Shown: positions 42,158 through 54,997, counted from the stretch's first letter. The stretch is 64,000 bases of DNA from Euprymna scolopes (GCA_053919585.1 CM132816.1); one strand, 5' to 3'. The notes: generated by a model not told the origin, from the sequence alone. Numbers and translations: made by a program.

Positions 42158-42960
42158 TTTATATAGAGGTCATTTTAAAATAATGCATTGTGTTTTGGAA
42201 AATAATGGGTGTATTACGCCGCCTAATCGGGAGATTCTTTTTATAAACGATGCTAGGAACTGACGAATCGAATTGATTCACGTTCTGCTATCAACCAATG
42301 AGAAGCCAGAATTGCTCCATAAATATTAAACATTTCTGTAGCAATTTCGCATATGTTTCTCCATCTCCACACAGGAATAATCTTTTGCTAGGGGATTCCA
42401 ACTCGTAAACTGTCTACTGCAAACCAGTAACCTCTCAGGACTTGTATAGAAAAACGATCGATCGGAAACTGTTCTGAAACTAAACATGGAGTACACTTCT
42501 AGGCTTAATTTTTATTTAGTCTAAATGGATTACAGATGATTGTACATTGGATTTTATGTGGCTAAACTTATGAATCGAACGTTTCATCGCAATGTTTCAG
42601 ATATGGACGTTTAAAGACTTGAAGAAAATAAACATTGACAGGGGCGTGCGTTAAATAAGGAGATCATTCACTGAATTTCTCCGTGCAGATATAATTGAAC
42701 CAATACACATTAACTGGCACATGATGAACGTATACGAAATCGATGTTTTTTATATCACCAGTGTAAGGAAGTATGCTTGTAGAATTCAGAGGGGCAACAG
42801 AAATGTAAATGACATCAACCAATCGCTAGCAAAAGTGCAATGAGGATGTGCTGATTATGTAACTAAAATTCTAGATCACAAAAGTTGCTTGTCTAAATAG
42901 GACCACTCCCGTCTTTGTAACTCCTCAACATTTTATTAAATTATAGTATGCGTTACTTGG

Positions 42961-43011
42961 AATATGGCTAAATGGGTATTTTTCAGGACTCTACTGACAA
43001 ACATACACACA

Positions 43012-43054
<43 letters not shown>

Positions 43055-43117
43055 CTATGTTTTTCGTTACTCCACTGACGCACGCACACACACACACACC
43101 CACACACACCCACACAC

Positions 43118-43156
<39 letters not shown>

Positions 43157-43210
43157 CGCGCGTGTGTGTGCGTCAGTGGAGTAACGAAAAATACCCATTT
43201 CGTCATATCA
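42961..43210. repeat. Fold-back inverted repeat around CA/TA/TG microsatellites
   Basis: 43060-43083 (tttttcgttactccactgacgcac) is the exact reverse complement of 43168-43191. A third diverged arm lies at 42961-42997. Confidence 0.9.
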
Positions 43211-43499
43211 AAGCCTTTCCATATGCTTAGACATTCTTTTTTTCAACAACTGATAGTCAACATCCGATTTCTCATACATTATCAGAACACTGAACGGTTG
43301 GTCATAATCGGTCATGAGAAAACATATGGAATATTGTGTTATTTTACTGAGTGAACCCAATTTACATCATGTATACATTTTTTTAATGAAAATATCAGCC
43401 TCGTTTGCTATATTTAATTAATTTCTGGCGTATAATGTCTCATTTTAGCGCATTATTTATTCTTCGATATTGAGTATATGATTTCATCAATTTTAATGC

Positions 43500-44450
43500 A
43501 ATCCTACAGGTATGGCAGGAACGTAAATTGATTCCCTCGACAGAAATGTGTATATTGATTTCAGGTTAATTTTATTAGGGTTTGGGATTTCACGTTTTAA
43601 GCGATCGAATTGATGGAAATATTGAAAACACTGAGGTATACACGGAACACCTTATGACCTTTTTGCATTTAGGTTACGATTAATATTTTGTATCCATTCT
43701 GTCTCAGGTGCTTTATCCTTAGCAATTGACGTATTCGTAAGGGGATAGGGTTATGATTTCATATAAATGATTTAACTTTGTGAGTGGTGGGCTAAGGGCT
43801 ATACCATTTTTCTTTCTAGTACTAATCCATAATTTTGGAGCTAAATTCCCCTTATATTATCAAACAATATGTAAATATGCCGATCATAATTGCTAATGGA
43901 CCGTCAGCCTCCGATGTATCACCAACTAAACCGAAGTATAGAGGGTGTACTTTGTAGATTTATAAGTATCCATAATGATTTGACGGAGTATTGGAATCTG
44001 TTTACAGAGCGCATTTATGATATTAAACAATGCGTCAGTAAAAGGTATGTAAAAGTACTAAATTGATTTATTATAGAGAGTCAGTATCTTCTGAAATAAA
44101 AACTGAAACTATATTATGTGGTAATACTCAATTCAGTCTATTATACTATTTCAGGTTAAGATACTATATTATATTTTTAATTTAGATTGAAAGTTAGCGT
44201 AGTATTTCATTCTGTTTCTCATGATACTTCCCTGCCAGGCATTTGGGTGGATTGTAGGATCTATTCTGTTATATAAGGTATTTTTAGTTTCAGACAATAT
44301 TTCGTCCTATGTGTGTAGATTGCGATCTGTCATATCTCTTAATTTCAGAGCAGTGTATTACAGTATCTTTTGCCAGGTATACTAGCAAAATATACGATCA
44401 AATGTAGGATGTTTATGCTTGTAGGAATTTAAAAAAAACTTAAAAAGTAC
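43500..44450 (-). mobile_element. Possible highly decayed Penelope-like RT remnant
   Basis: Minus-strand peptides TDSNTPSNHYGYL*IYK (cf. YGLPKIHK) and KNGIALSPPL (cf. GxAMGSPL). Boundaries are uncertain. Confidence 0.35.
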
Positions 44451-46304
44451 CGAGTATTTCGTGTTCTCTACGATACTGCTTCTATTCTGACATCAGGAAT
44501 AAGAACGGATAAAAGATAGTAGCCTCGAAAAGAAGACGTAAATAAAAGCTGTGTTATAAGAAAGTTATGTCATGTTAAATTATGATTGACGACGCACAGA
44601 AAGAATGACTATATGCAGCCACCGATAAGTAAATGAAAGAGTTAAGTTTCATTAAGAATAATTTAACACTAGATGAAAAAAATTAAAGCATTCTGTGACT
44701 GCTGATATTGTTTCCATAAATTATAGGATGTCTGTATTACAGTGATGTGATACATACAAATTCGCTCTGCAATACAGTGAAACAATCTGGCTGTTCGCCA
44801 GCTGTGGGGCGTATAAACGTCGATTTTTCTAAGAATCAATACATTTTTTGGTAATACTTTTTCCTTCACACGCACTGCTGGAAGACAACTCAGTTTACCT
44901 TTATGGGGTACTTATAAAACCTTTTTGTTAATGGGTTTTCTATCTCACTTGTATATTTAGTAATTTTGATTGAGTAATTAAATAAATATAAGATCTTACC
45001 TATCTCTTTAAATAATTTTAGACAGATATCCGAATAAAATGTTTTTTAAAATTATTCTTCTTATCCCCTCCCTCAAATAATAGTTTTTCGTTATGCCAGC
45101 GACACGTTTGAAATAAATATTTCTTTACTGAGCACGTTTGGAGGATCATATATGGTTTTTGCATCTTAAATTTTAATGTAAGCGAATATGAAAAAATAAT
45201 TTACTAAAATAAACAGCGGGTTCTCTATAGTGCAATGTAAACTATAATCTATTGTGAATTTAGTCGCTGCGGAAAAGCTTGCGAAGTTTGTTCTCGGTAC
45301 CCCGCAATAGGTTCCGAATTTGAGCTGAAAATGAATTAATTCGTTGTAAATAGGTGATTTAACTCATTTTTTGACAATAATATATAGGAGACTAACATAT
45401 TTGTTCATCCTCATCTTATCCTGGGCAAGGTCACGTTTCCCTGCTAATAAATAATAACTGGGGAAATGTTACGCTAAAAACGATATCGTATTTTGGTAAT
45501 GTTAATTTACCTTGTAAAAAATTAGCAGACACTGTATCTCGTTTACAGGGAATAAACGATCACAAAAAGATTATCAGAAGGTGGCATTACGTGTCAGTAA
45601 GATAGACAACGATAACTGTCATTAATACATGTGTGTAGACGATCGAAAAGGGGGGAAAGTAAGGTGTGCATCGAAATATAAAAAAAACGAGGAAATATTA
45701 AAGACGAAAAAGCAAGGAAGGAAAAGAGGGAAAGGAAAACACACGGAAAAAAAGTATATAAAAATAGAAGAAAAATAGGGAAATTAAAAACAATAACATA
45801 AACTATAAAAGATATACACAAAAAGTATAAATGTACAATTGCTAATAAAAATAATATTAAAAAAAACTAGCAAATCGACAAAGTCGTCAGACTTAAACAT
45901 ACTCTCGATGATAAAACATTAGGTCATAACAATAATAATAAGATACTGAAAAATAATAAAAAAATATAAAAATACATAAATTAAAAAATACTTAGAGAAA
46001 CATAAGCTTACACACACACACACACACATGTGTGTGGGTGTTTTTGTGTGTGTCAACTGTCAACGAATAGACAGTACAATAAACTAGACATTTAACGATA
46101 CGATTCTGCTAGTTTAGAAAATAACTCGGTCACTAGTTAAACTAACAACTAAGTCGGTTGATAAACTTTTGGGTTAAGGAGTCTAAAATTTATTTAAATT
46201 TACAAACGAGAAAAAACGAAGGAAAAATAAACTACATTTTCTATAATCATAAGAAACTACTTGTACTTCCACTGCTACTACTTCTACCACTACAAGTATA
46301 TTTG

Positions 46305-46362
<58 letters not shown>

Positions 46363-47786
46363 CACAAACAAAATAGATGCAGCTTAACGTCTTACTCAAG
46401 ACAATTTATTTAGTAAATGTCTGGGTTTGTGAAAAGTTATTTAAAGTCACACTCTTACAAGTTTACAAAACGCTTCAATTTCATTTCTGTTTCCGGTTTT
46501 ATATATATAACTTTGGTCGATAATTTGTGCTGATGTTATGTAATTTACAGAAATTGATTCTTTTTTTACTACATTTCTTATGAAGTGATATTTAATATGT
46601 ATATGCTTAGTCTTTAGTGGATAACTGTGTTCTGCGCTATGACTATGCTGGCTTGATTATGACAATAATATACTACAGAATTTTTTGTTATTATGGTTCT
46701 AAAACAGGATTTATAATAGGTTTTAGGAATAGCGTAGAGAAAGATGCAATCTGCTCCTTTTTAGATCTTCATGAAATAATAGGCGTATTTATTTATATTC
46801 TAAAACAATACCCGGTTTTAATATTGGATCCTCAGCGTTTATCAAATCTGGATCTAAAAACCCTTCCAATTTTATTGAGCTTGTAAATTTTCCAAATACT
46901 AAATGCTGTTTCTTAGTTGCTTTTAAATAACGAAAAACTTGTTTAGCTCTGTTTTAATGTTAAATTGTCGGTCTTGGTAATGTTGTAATGATTTGGTAAC
47001 TGTGTAACATAGGTCATGTCTCGTAGCAATCATTATTTTTTCTGTAATCCTTTTCTCGGGTTCCTCGTAACTCCTAAGTGCTTCTTTTGAATTGACTCAA
47101 CGTCATGGGTTTCTCTTTTGGGTTATAAAGGACGGTAACAGCTTAGAATCACTCGGCAACACTTTAAAGGCCATGGAAATTTACAGATTCCCTAATAACA
47201 TTGTAAACCTTTTTTTAATGAATTTGTTGTTGTCTCGGCCATTATAATATAATATGTAATTGTCTCGGCTGCCGTATGTTTTAGAAATGTCAGTTCAGTA
47301 CATATAGAGATTATTTAGGATGTTTTTTTTTAAATAAATAATGCCGTCTTAATGTGTTCAGTGCTTTGCAGCCATCGTCCAAGTTTTATCGCATTACCAG
47401 AGATAGACTTCAGTCATCGGAGGGTTGTATATATATATATATATATACAAAGACAGTTGTATGATTTCCAATACAACTAGCGTCTTTTCTGTTTTAAGAC
47501 TGTTTCTAAACAACATTTCAGATTCGCTAACATCTTAAAAATATTGCTAGTCATACTTCGAATTTTGATCCTGATATTTTTGCCGCCGGCTGTATAACCG
47601 CTTGATAATAATTATAATGACTACTAGCGTAGAAAACTTGTAACTGCAGCATCCGTGAATATATTTATTAACGGTCAAAAGTTTTTTTTTTATATGATTA
47701 ATTGCCTGAAGAGTGTTCTAGTTACTAGGATCTGGTACACTGAAATTTGCTCATAAATGTGTAACGATTCTCATGTACAACAAATA

Positions 47787-47842
<56 letters not shown>

Positions 47843-47973
47843 AAAGATACTAAATATGTATTTTATTGATACGCGTAAAAAGTTATTCATATGTGTCCGT
47901 AGTGGCCTTACACGTGTTTCGTTTAACAGCAGAGGCCTATCTAACAACGTGTCATAAAATATGTAATCCATCA

Positions 47974-48027
<54 letters not shown>

Positions 48028-48279
48028 GGGCGGGGAGTGTGATCGTGTGTCAAATTATTCAAATTTCAGTAAAAAAAAACTTCAGCGCAAAATAATCTGC
48101 GTAAAACGATATTAATCCTATCCACAGAGAGCCAAGATGCATCATAGAAAATCGTCCAAACGTAAGTTAATCTAAATGTGTTTTTTTTTTCATGATTTTA
48201 TCTACGAAAGCTATACATATTCTGTGACACTTTTTAAAATAATATTGTTGTTTTAATTATAAAGTGCATGCATATTTAT

Positions 48280-48319
<40 letters not shown>

Positions 48320-48324
<5 letters not shown>

Positions 48325-48660
48325 CTCTGGTTCCCCCCTCGCCAATCTTTCACGAAAAACACCCGTCTGGCTGAATCCACTGGGAAAAAATTCCCCCACT
48401 CTATATCTGTGCCTAAATCAAAACGCGGATTCCATGAACAAAGCGTCTTTCTTAGAACTGCGGGCCTGTGGAACTCTGTTCCGTCTGCCTGCTTCCCACC
48501 GGACTACAACTTGGATGTCTTCAAGTCCAACGGTAACAAATTCCTAATGAACCGCCCCCTTAAGTAAACACTTCATCAAATATCCACACTAACGTAATGT
48601 ACTTTCAATAACCCTTATCCCTGAGTGGCTTCCGGGCCTTGATAAGTGGTGATCACTGTG

Positions 48661-48664
<4 letters not shown>
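48320..48664 (+). mobile_element. 3' fragment of the young CR1/L2-group LINE, within (TA)n
   Basis: Near-identical to 5991-6334, including the stop codon and 3' UTR; flanked by (TA)n on both sides. Confidence 0.93.
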
Positions 48665-48717
<53 letters not shown>

Positions 48718-49628
48718 TATAATACCCACAAGTTATAACTATTACTATTAAAATCTTGCATAATGTTTGAGTTTATTGAAGGTCCGATGCCGATAAAATG
48801 CAAAATAATGATTAAATCAATAAGAGAATCCGTATTACTAAAGAGTTATGTCTAGTATCTGGCAAGAGAATGGAAGGAATCTACCTGCTATTACATAAAT
48901 GCGTCTATAAGCAAGTTCATTCATGTATATCAGTTCGGGATATTTTTGTGTTTGACAAAATCCGACTTAAAGACATCGTATATTGAATCGTCCGAAACAT
49001 TGTCAGACTAACATATAAGGAAAGAACAGTACTCCGAATAATCCTAACATCGAATTGAATTTTACATACTGACGAATAAACACTTTCAAAGTTAAATATT
49101 ATAAAAAACCAACGTCCTATTTTAAACTTCAACTGGAGATAGAAAATTATTTCAAACCTACAAGACTGCTAGTCGAAATATTTGAATGTGTTTTAATAGG
49201 GCACGTCAATTAAATTAACATATTTAGCATTAAAATATTATTGAAACGGCAAAACTACGAAGAAGCTCTTTCTTTTGAGATCATTCGAAGTTTGGATTGA
49301 ATGTGTGTATGTCAAGCTTTATTTATTAAACATGTTCATTTTCCTGCAATTGTTAATCTTTAAAAAAATTAACTTTAATCTATCAGGTTATATTCTTATA
49401 ACGGCTTTTCCTGAGTCTGATTAATAGTCTTAAATAACAAGTTACTCTTTCCGTCACACTTATAATTCACAATTACATAGTACCTATTTACTATGCCTCC
49501 CCACGGGACAGAGTTAGACACCAGGGTCCTTTTTAACGTGGAGAAAAGGTACAAAAATAAAAATTGTCTCAGTCGTGAAGGATTTCTCCTCCACCGAAAG
49601 AGAACAAGAAATAGAAGTGCAGCATCTG

Positions 49629-49654
49629 AAGAACAGATACTACACTTTGATCTT
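49629..49654 (-). ncRNA. Second U2-derived fragment heading the distal array unit
   Basis: AAGATCAAAGTGTAGTATCTGTTCTT matches U2 at approximately nt 23-48. Confidence 0.85.
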
Positions 49655-50619
49655 GGTATTTATTTGCTTCCCCACTGAGAAAATTAGGCACAAGGCCGTT
49701 TTTTAATGTGGTCGTAGGGTGATCCCTACCTTGACCAAGTTCAGATATGTGGGGTTACCCCCACATATGGTCTTTGCTAGTCATATCTGGTCTTTGCTTG
49801 CAGCATCTGTCGGAACAGATGGTATTTATTTGCTCCCCCACCGAGCAAATTAGGCACAAGGTCAATTTTTAATGTGAGGAGTGAAGGGAGGGGGGAGGGA
49901 AAAGGGGGCCAGCTCCCGAGAGGTGGGAAATGGGAGCTGGTTAAAGGTCAGGCATGTGGGGTTGCCCCCACATCTGGTCTTTGCTAGTCATAGCTAGTAG
50001 TATCTGCCGGAACAGATGGTGTTTATTTGCTCCCCCACAGAGCAAATTAGGCACAAGGCCGTTTTTAATGTGAGGTAAAAACCAGCTCCCCTTAAAGTAG
50101 GCAAAAAGGGGGCACTCTGGTTACCAAAAATAATAATTGTCCCAGTATAGAGGGGTTCCCCTCCATTGACTGGTACAAATTATCTTAAGTGCAGTATCTG
50201 CCGGAACAGATGGTATTTATTTGCTCCCCCACCGAGCAAATTAGGCACAAGGCCGATTTTTAATGTGAGGAGTGAAGGGAGGGGGAAGGGAAAAAGGGGA
50301 CCAGCTCCCGAGAGGTGGGAAATGGGAGCTGGTTAATGGTCAGGCATGTGGGGTTGTCCCTACATCTGGTCTTTGCTAGTCATAGCTAGTCATAGCTTGC
50401 AGCATCTGCCGGAACAGATGGTATTTATTTGCTCCCCCACCGAGCAAATTAGGCACAAGGCCGATTTTTAATGTGAGGAGTGAAGGGAGGGGGAAGGGAA
50501 AGGGGGGATCAGCTCCCGAGAGGTGGGAAATGGGAGCTGATTAAAGGTCAGGCATGTGGGGTTGCTCCCACATCTGGTCTTTGCTAGTCATAGCTAGTCA
50601 TAGCTTGCAGCATCTGCCG

Positions 50620-50669
50620 GAACAGATACTACACTTTGATCTTGCCCCGAAGGCCAAGAAAAGGCGTAT
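50620..50669 (-). ncRNA. U2 snRNA-derived 5' segment (stem I plus branch-point recognition region); not a full U2 gene
   Basis: ATACGCCTTTTCTTGGCCTTCGGGGCAAGATCAAAGTGTAGTATCTGTTC aligns to the U2 5' end ATCGCTTCTCGGCCTTTTGGCTAAGATCA(A)AGTGTAGTATCTGTTCTT. Similarity stops before stem IIa. Confidence 0.85.
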
Positions 50670-50958
50670 ATTGACATTTCACGTGTACGGTTTACTAGCT
50701 GGACGCCAAGCGTTGTCCGATCCTACAATACACTTAAACATTAAAATTTTAATTCATTCATATTACGTATATATAATTTTAGGATCAATTCTCTATTGAG
50801 CATTATAAATTACGGAGAAAAATTTGCCCGGTCGACTAATTTGCATTAACAATAAAAAAAGGTAATAATGATGATGTCGTTTATTAAATTCCCTTTGTTT
50901 GTTTACGATATCACATCAGCTGATATTTGGGATTGATGATCTTAAAAATATTCTTTAT

Positions 50959-51014
<56 letters not shown>

Positions 51015-53655
51015 CCAAGGGAATACTTTACGTTACACCGGCAAAGCTTACACCGGTGCAACGTAAAACATTCCCCTGTAAAAATTATATTTATCTAAGA
51101 AAGAAGAAATACTATTTTTAAAATCGGATTTTTTCGAATGTCGATACTGATCGGATACTTATTTGTACGAAACACATCTAACGATACTGTTAGATATATG
51201 AATTAACTTTGTGCTAATTCTTAAAAGATGGGCTCAGTCGTTTTGGAACCTATGAGATAGGAACTCACACACAAAGTAACTTTTATATAATAGTCGAGAT
51301 AGAGATAAGTAGAATGTTTAAAGGTCGGGTACGCAGAATCTTTTTTTCAAGTAGCACGTTGGTTACTGTATAATGTCTAATCTATTTTAATAGCATTTCT
51401 GTTTATCTGTCACGTTTAATTGTTTTCCATATTTGTTTCTCACGCTCTAAATTCTTAATATTAAAATAATTTGTGTGTCCTGTTTCACATCAATTTTTTG
51501 CACATCAAAATCAATGGCATATAATATTGTTCTTTAGCGGATTCACTTAACTGACTTTTTATGTGTGTCTTCGTGCTGAGGTAAAACGTCATCGACAGAG
51601 ATTTTTCTTTAATTTGGTAAAGGGGGAGAATGATGGGTAACTTTGTTTTCATGAAACACATGGTACTAACTCCAACTATGCTGGTTCATATTACGTGCAA
51701 TTCGTGATCTCATAACATAGGTTCTACTATGCAGCGTCGCTAGCATCGCTAATACAAACACACATATTGTTAGTCAGAACTGCAAGGATACCTTATATCC
51801 AAGAAACATATGAGGAGTTTCTCTGACATATTCTGTCATACAGTAGAAATATTATGATGTAAGAGGCAGTATTAACATAGTTTTATTTTATCATGCTGGG
51901 GAAATATTTAAGGAAACTCGTACTTTTCCGAGATGTGTATCCTTCTGTAAACAATCCTAGTAGCTGCCACGCAACCTACAAACTAGTGTTACTTTACTAT
52001 AACTATAAAATTATTTTGCAATATTTTCTTGCAGAATTCTTTTACAATACCTCTTGGAAATGTGTTCCGACAAATCTTCTGCCTTATTGCGCCATAAACG
52101 TAAACACCTCATACTAAATGCACTAGCTACCAAGCGGTTTCCATTTTTTGTTAACAACAATTTTTACCGAAAATATTTCTATTCGAATAGATTCTTTCAT
52201 CGGACTTCTAGTTGTCGGAAATCTACATATGTCTCTTTTTTTCCTGCTTGGTCAGAATTCAAAAATGTAATTTGAATGTGCAAAAAAAAACAAAATCTTG
52301 CTAATGAACTGCACACTTGCATGATACACACTTCTTTCTCAACAGCAATATATCTTGATACTTGTGAACAAGAATAATAAAATACATACCTACAAAATAT
52401 CATTCACACGCTCATATCGCATGTTTTATACTCTTACATACCAACTCCTGCTAAGTTTCTTGATTTCTAGAAAACATACTATAGCACAACCTTTATATAT
52501 ACGCTTGCACTATTAGTTGTTTTAAAAATATCTTTCAAATATGAATACTTTTTAAATTGATACTTCGTTAGTATACTTCTTTTGCTATACGGCATAGTCA
52601 CGTTGACACGCTAGTTCCTGTTAGATTACCGATGTTATTAAACTTTCAGCCTAATTAGTACTAAAATAGGTGACCATTTCGGAATTCCAGGTGCTGTATG
52701 TTATGTCAGCATTGTTTCCAGTCGCACTGGACTTATCCTTGCCATTGGACTCAAGCAGTGCCGGTTCAGAAAATTTGTCGCGGTGATTGCGCAACGTTTC
52801 CGTCACAATTTACGCGCTGTACCTTTTTATGTGTATGTATTGTGTTTGTCGACGGAACTAAGTCCTCCATACTACTTTATGAATAGGCATTCTGTTGTTG
52901 TACTCTAAATAAACAAACAATAATATCATGGCATGTCAATATATACTTACGGTTTTGCATTTTATTGGATGAAGATTCCTAATTATATGGATTATTTAGA
53001 ATAGTGTCCTCATCTTAACTATTATTTGCAGAACATCTCTGTTCATGTAACCTCCGACATTATTCAGATGTATTTTTTCGAATTTGTGAAGATTTCTGTC
53101 GAATTCGAAATTTCGAACCGTTTATTTAATCCCCGTGGGTAGCATGTTCTGGTTCCGTTAGCCATGACGTGGTAAACGTCTTAAATAATTTTCATTTGTA
53201 ATTTGAGTGTCGTCCGCATTCAGGATTAGAACTTAAACCTCCAAACACCATTACCAACTATCGTATCAACTATACCACAGAGCGTCCCGTTCACAGAAAG
53301 ATTCACGGGTTCGACAAGGTGCCCTTAAATAAAGATTGGTGGTTACATCCATAGAACCGTTGTGAAAATATCCACTACAACACGGGTTCTTACATCGGCT
53401 GAAACGCTGTGCGAATTATATTGAAAGTGAGTACAATCGTCTGGATGATCCAAATAATACATATTATTTCCACACATTTAAATCCTTTTACTCATGTATG
53501 TATGTGTAAATACATCGTTTTTGTTACCAGAAACAAACGTATAAATTATTCTACAGCAAACATTTATTATTCCTTACAAAATTCATGGTGGTGTCATTGC
53601 TTGATTCTCTGTTTCAGGCTTATTCATTGATTGATTTTGTCGAATTTTGTTTCTA

Positions 53656-53720
<65 letters not shown>

Positions 53721-53734
53721 TGTGTGTAGATACG

Positions 53735-53812
53735 GGGTCGGTTTTGCATACAACAGTATTTCATGAAACTGCAAGTAAGTCAAAGATATTACTTGATAAC
53801 AGAGAGTGAAGC
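53735..53812. repeat. Interspersed repeat fragment related to 28616-28693 (flank of the hammerhead element)
   Basis: tcggttttgcatacaacagtatttcatgaaactgcaagtaagtcaaa versus tcggattttgcatataaaagtatttaatgaaactacaagtaagtcaaa. Confidence 0.75.
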
Positions 53813-54239
53813 AGAATAAACAAACATATACACACACACATGTATATATATATATATGTGTGGGTGTGTGTGTGTGTGTGTGTGTTTGTTTATACTTGCC
53901 TCATTTTTGTGAGTTTCTACTTCTCCGTTTCTCTCTAGCTTTGTTTCTTTGTTATGTTTGAAATCCATCCGTCTCTTTTTGTATCCAATATTTGATACAA
54001 TTAAACCATTTCTTTATTCTATAACCAAACCTTTATTTTTGCATCTTCTACGGTTTACAAAACTAAAATACAAATCTCCAATCAACAAAAAATGATTGAT
54101 TGTTTTTTCTTTGTTTGCATCTTTAATTTCATTTCCAATATTTCCATACAATATTTGATTAAAAGATCAACCGGTAAAAATCATTCCTTGCTCTGTTCAA
54201 CTGATACGGGAGAAAATCGTCCCGCATATTCTCACTTAT

Positions 54240-54305
<66 letters not shown>

Positions 54306-54941
54306 GTATATATATATTTGTATGCATACATATTAGGTCACAGAACACAAACAAATTGTACACTAGTACATAAATCGAGCGTTCAATTTCTTATCAGGAT
54401 TGAATTTTATTACAAAAGGTACATAACCATATTTCTCTTACCGAGACTTTTTTTTGCGTAATACTCACGTACTTAGAAAATGCATCCATATCAGTAATAT
54501 CTACAGAGTACTATACTACTGAAACGGGAATTAATTTGGTTTTCAAGACCCAACGGCTATTCGAGGATAAGACCTATTTAACGTCGGCTCTAATAATACA
54601 CCGTTGAGATCGGTAATGGAAAATTTTATAGGATGTTCGTATTTAAGAGTTCGACCCGAACAACAACGAAATTATACAGGAATTGAATACAACATAGTAT
54701 AGTAAGCATGGAAGCAGTTCGATAGTATTGTGTTCCACAGACTGAAAGTTCTAGAATAGAAACATTGCCCATGCAGTTTTAGTTTAGTAAAATATGAGAT
54801 TCAATGGATATTAGAAAGCCTTAACTTCTACGAGCTGTATTTATTCCAATATGTTGCCATCATACCAGCGCTATAACACGAAAGAGCAAGTTTATGGAAA
54901 CCTACCTGCCATATCTATTAACATTTGTGGGTTACGGTTAC

Positions 54942-54992
<51 letters not shown>

Positions 54993-54997
<5 letters not shown>

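Larger units (their letters stand above)
49484..50669 (-). mobile_element. Head-to-tail array of six U2 snRNA-headed SINE-like structured units
   Basis: Units from the head: 50420-50627, 50212-50419, 50018-50211, 49821-50017, 49655-49820 and ~49484-49654. On the minus strand each carries ATCTGTTC(CGG)CAGATRCT at its start and ends in the tail TTAAAAA..RCCTTGTGCCTAATTTGCTCGGTGGGGGAGCAAATAAATACC (diverged in the last unit). Confidence 0.8.

Noticed and set aside
42380-42430. tRNA gene or tRNA-derived SINE head (also ~53280-53320)
   Set aside because: Only a partial B-box-like sequence is present, with no cloverleaf.
50212-50285. Twister or HDV-like ribozyme in the unit tail (GGCACAAGGCC loop)
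   Set aside because: The twister UAA cleavage loop and pseudoknot partners are not conserved across units, and I could not build an HDV double pseudoknot.
49620-50640. CRISPR-like repeat-spacer array
   Set aside because: The context is eukaryotic with no cas genes. The conserved segment is ~90 bp, and the variable parts are related hairpin modules rather than unique spacers.
50420-50669. Functional U2 snRNA gene
   Set aside because: Similarity ends at about U2 nt 46-48. Stems IIa, III and IV are absent from the head-proximal unit, and I recognised no promoter element upstream.
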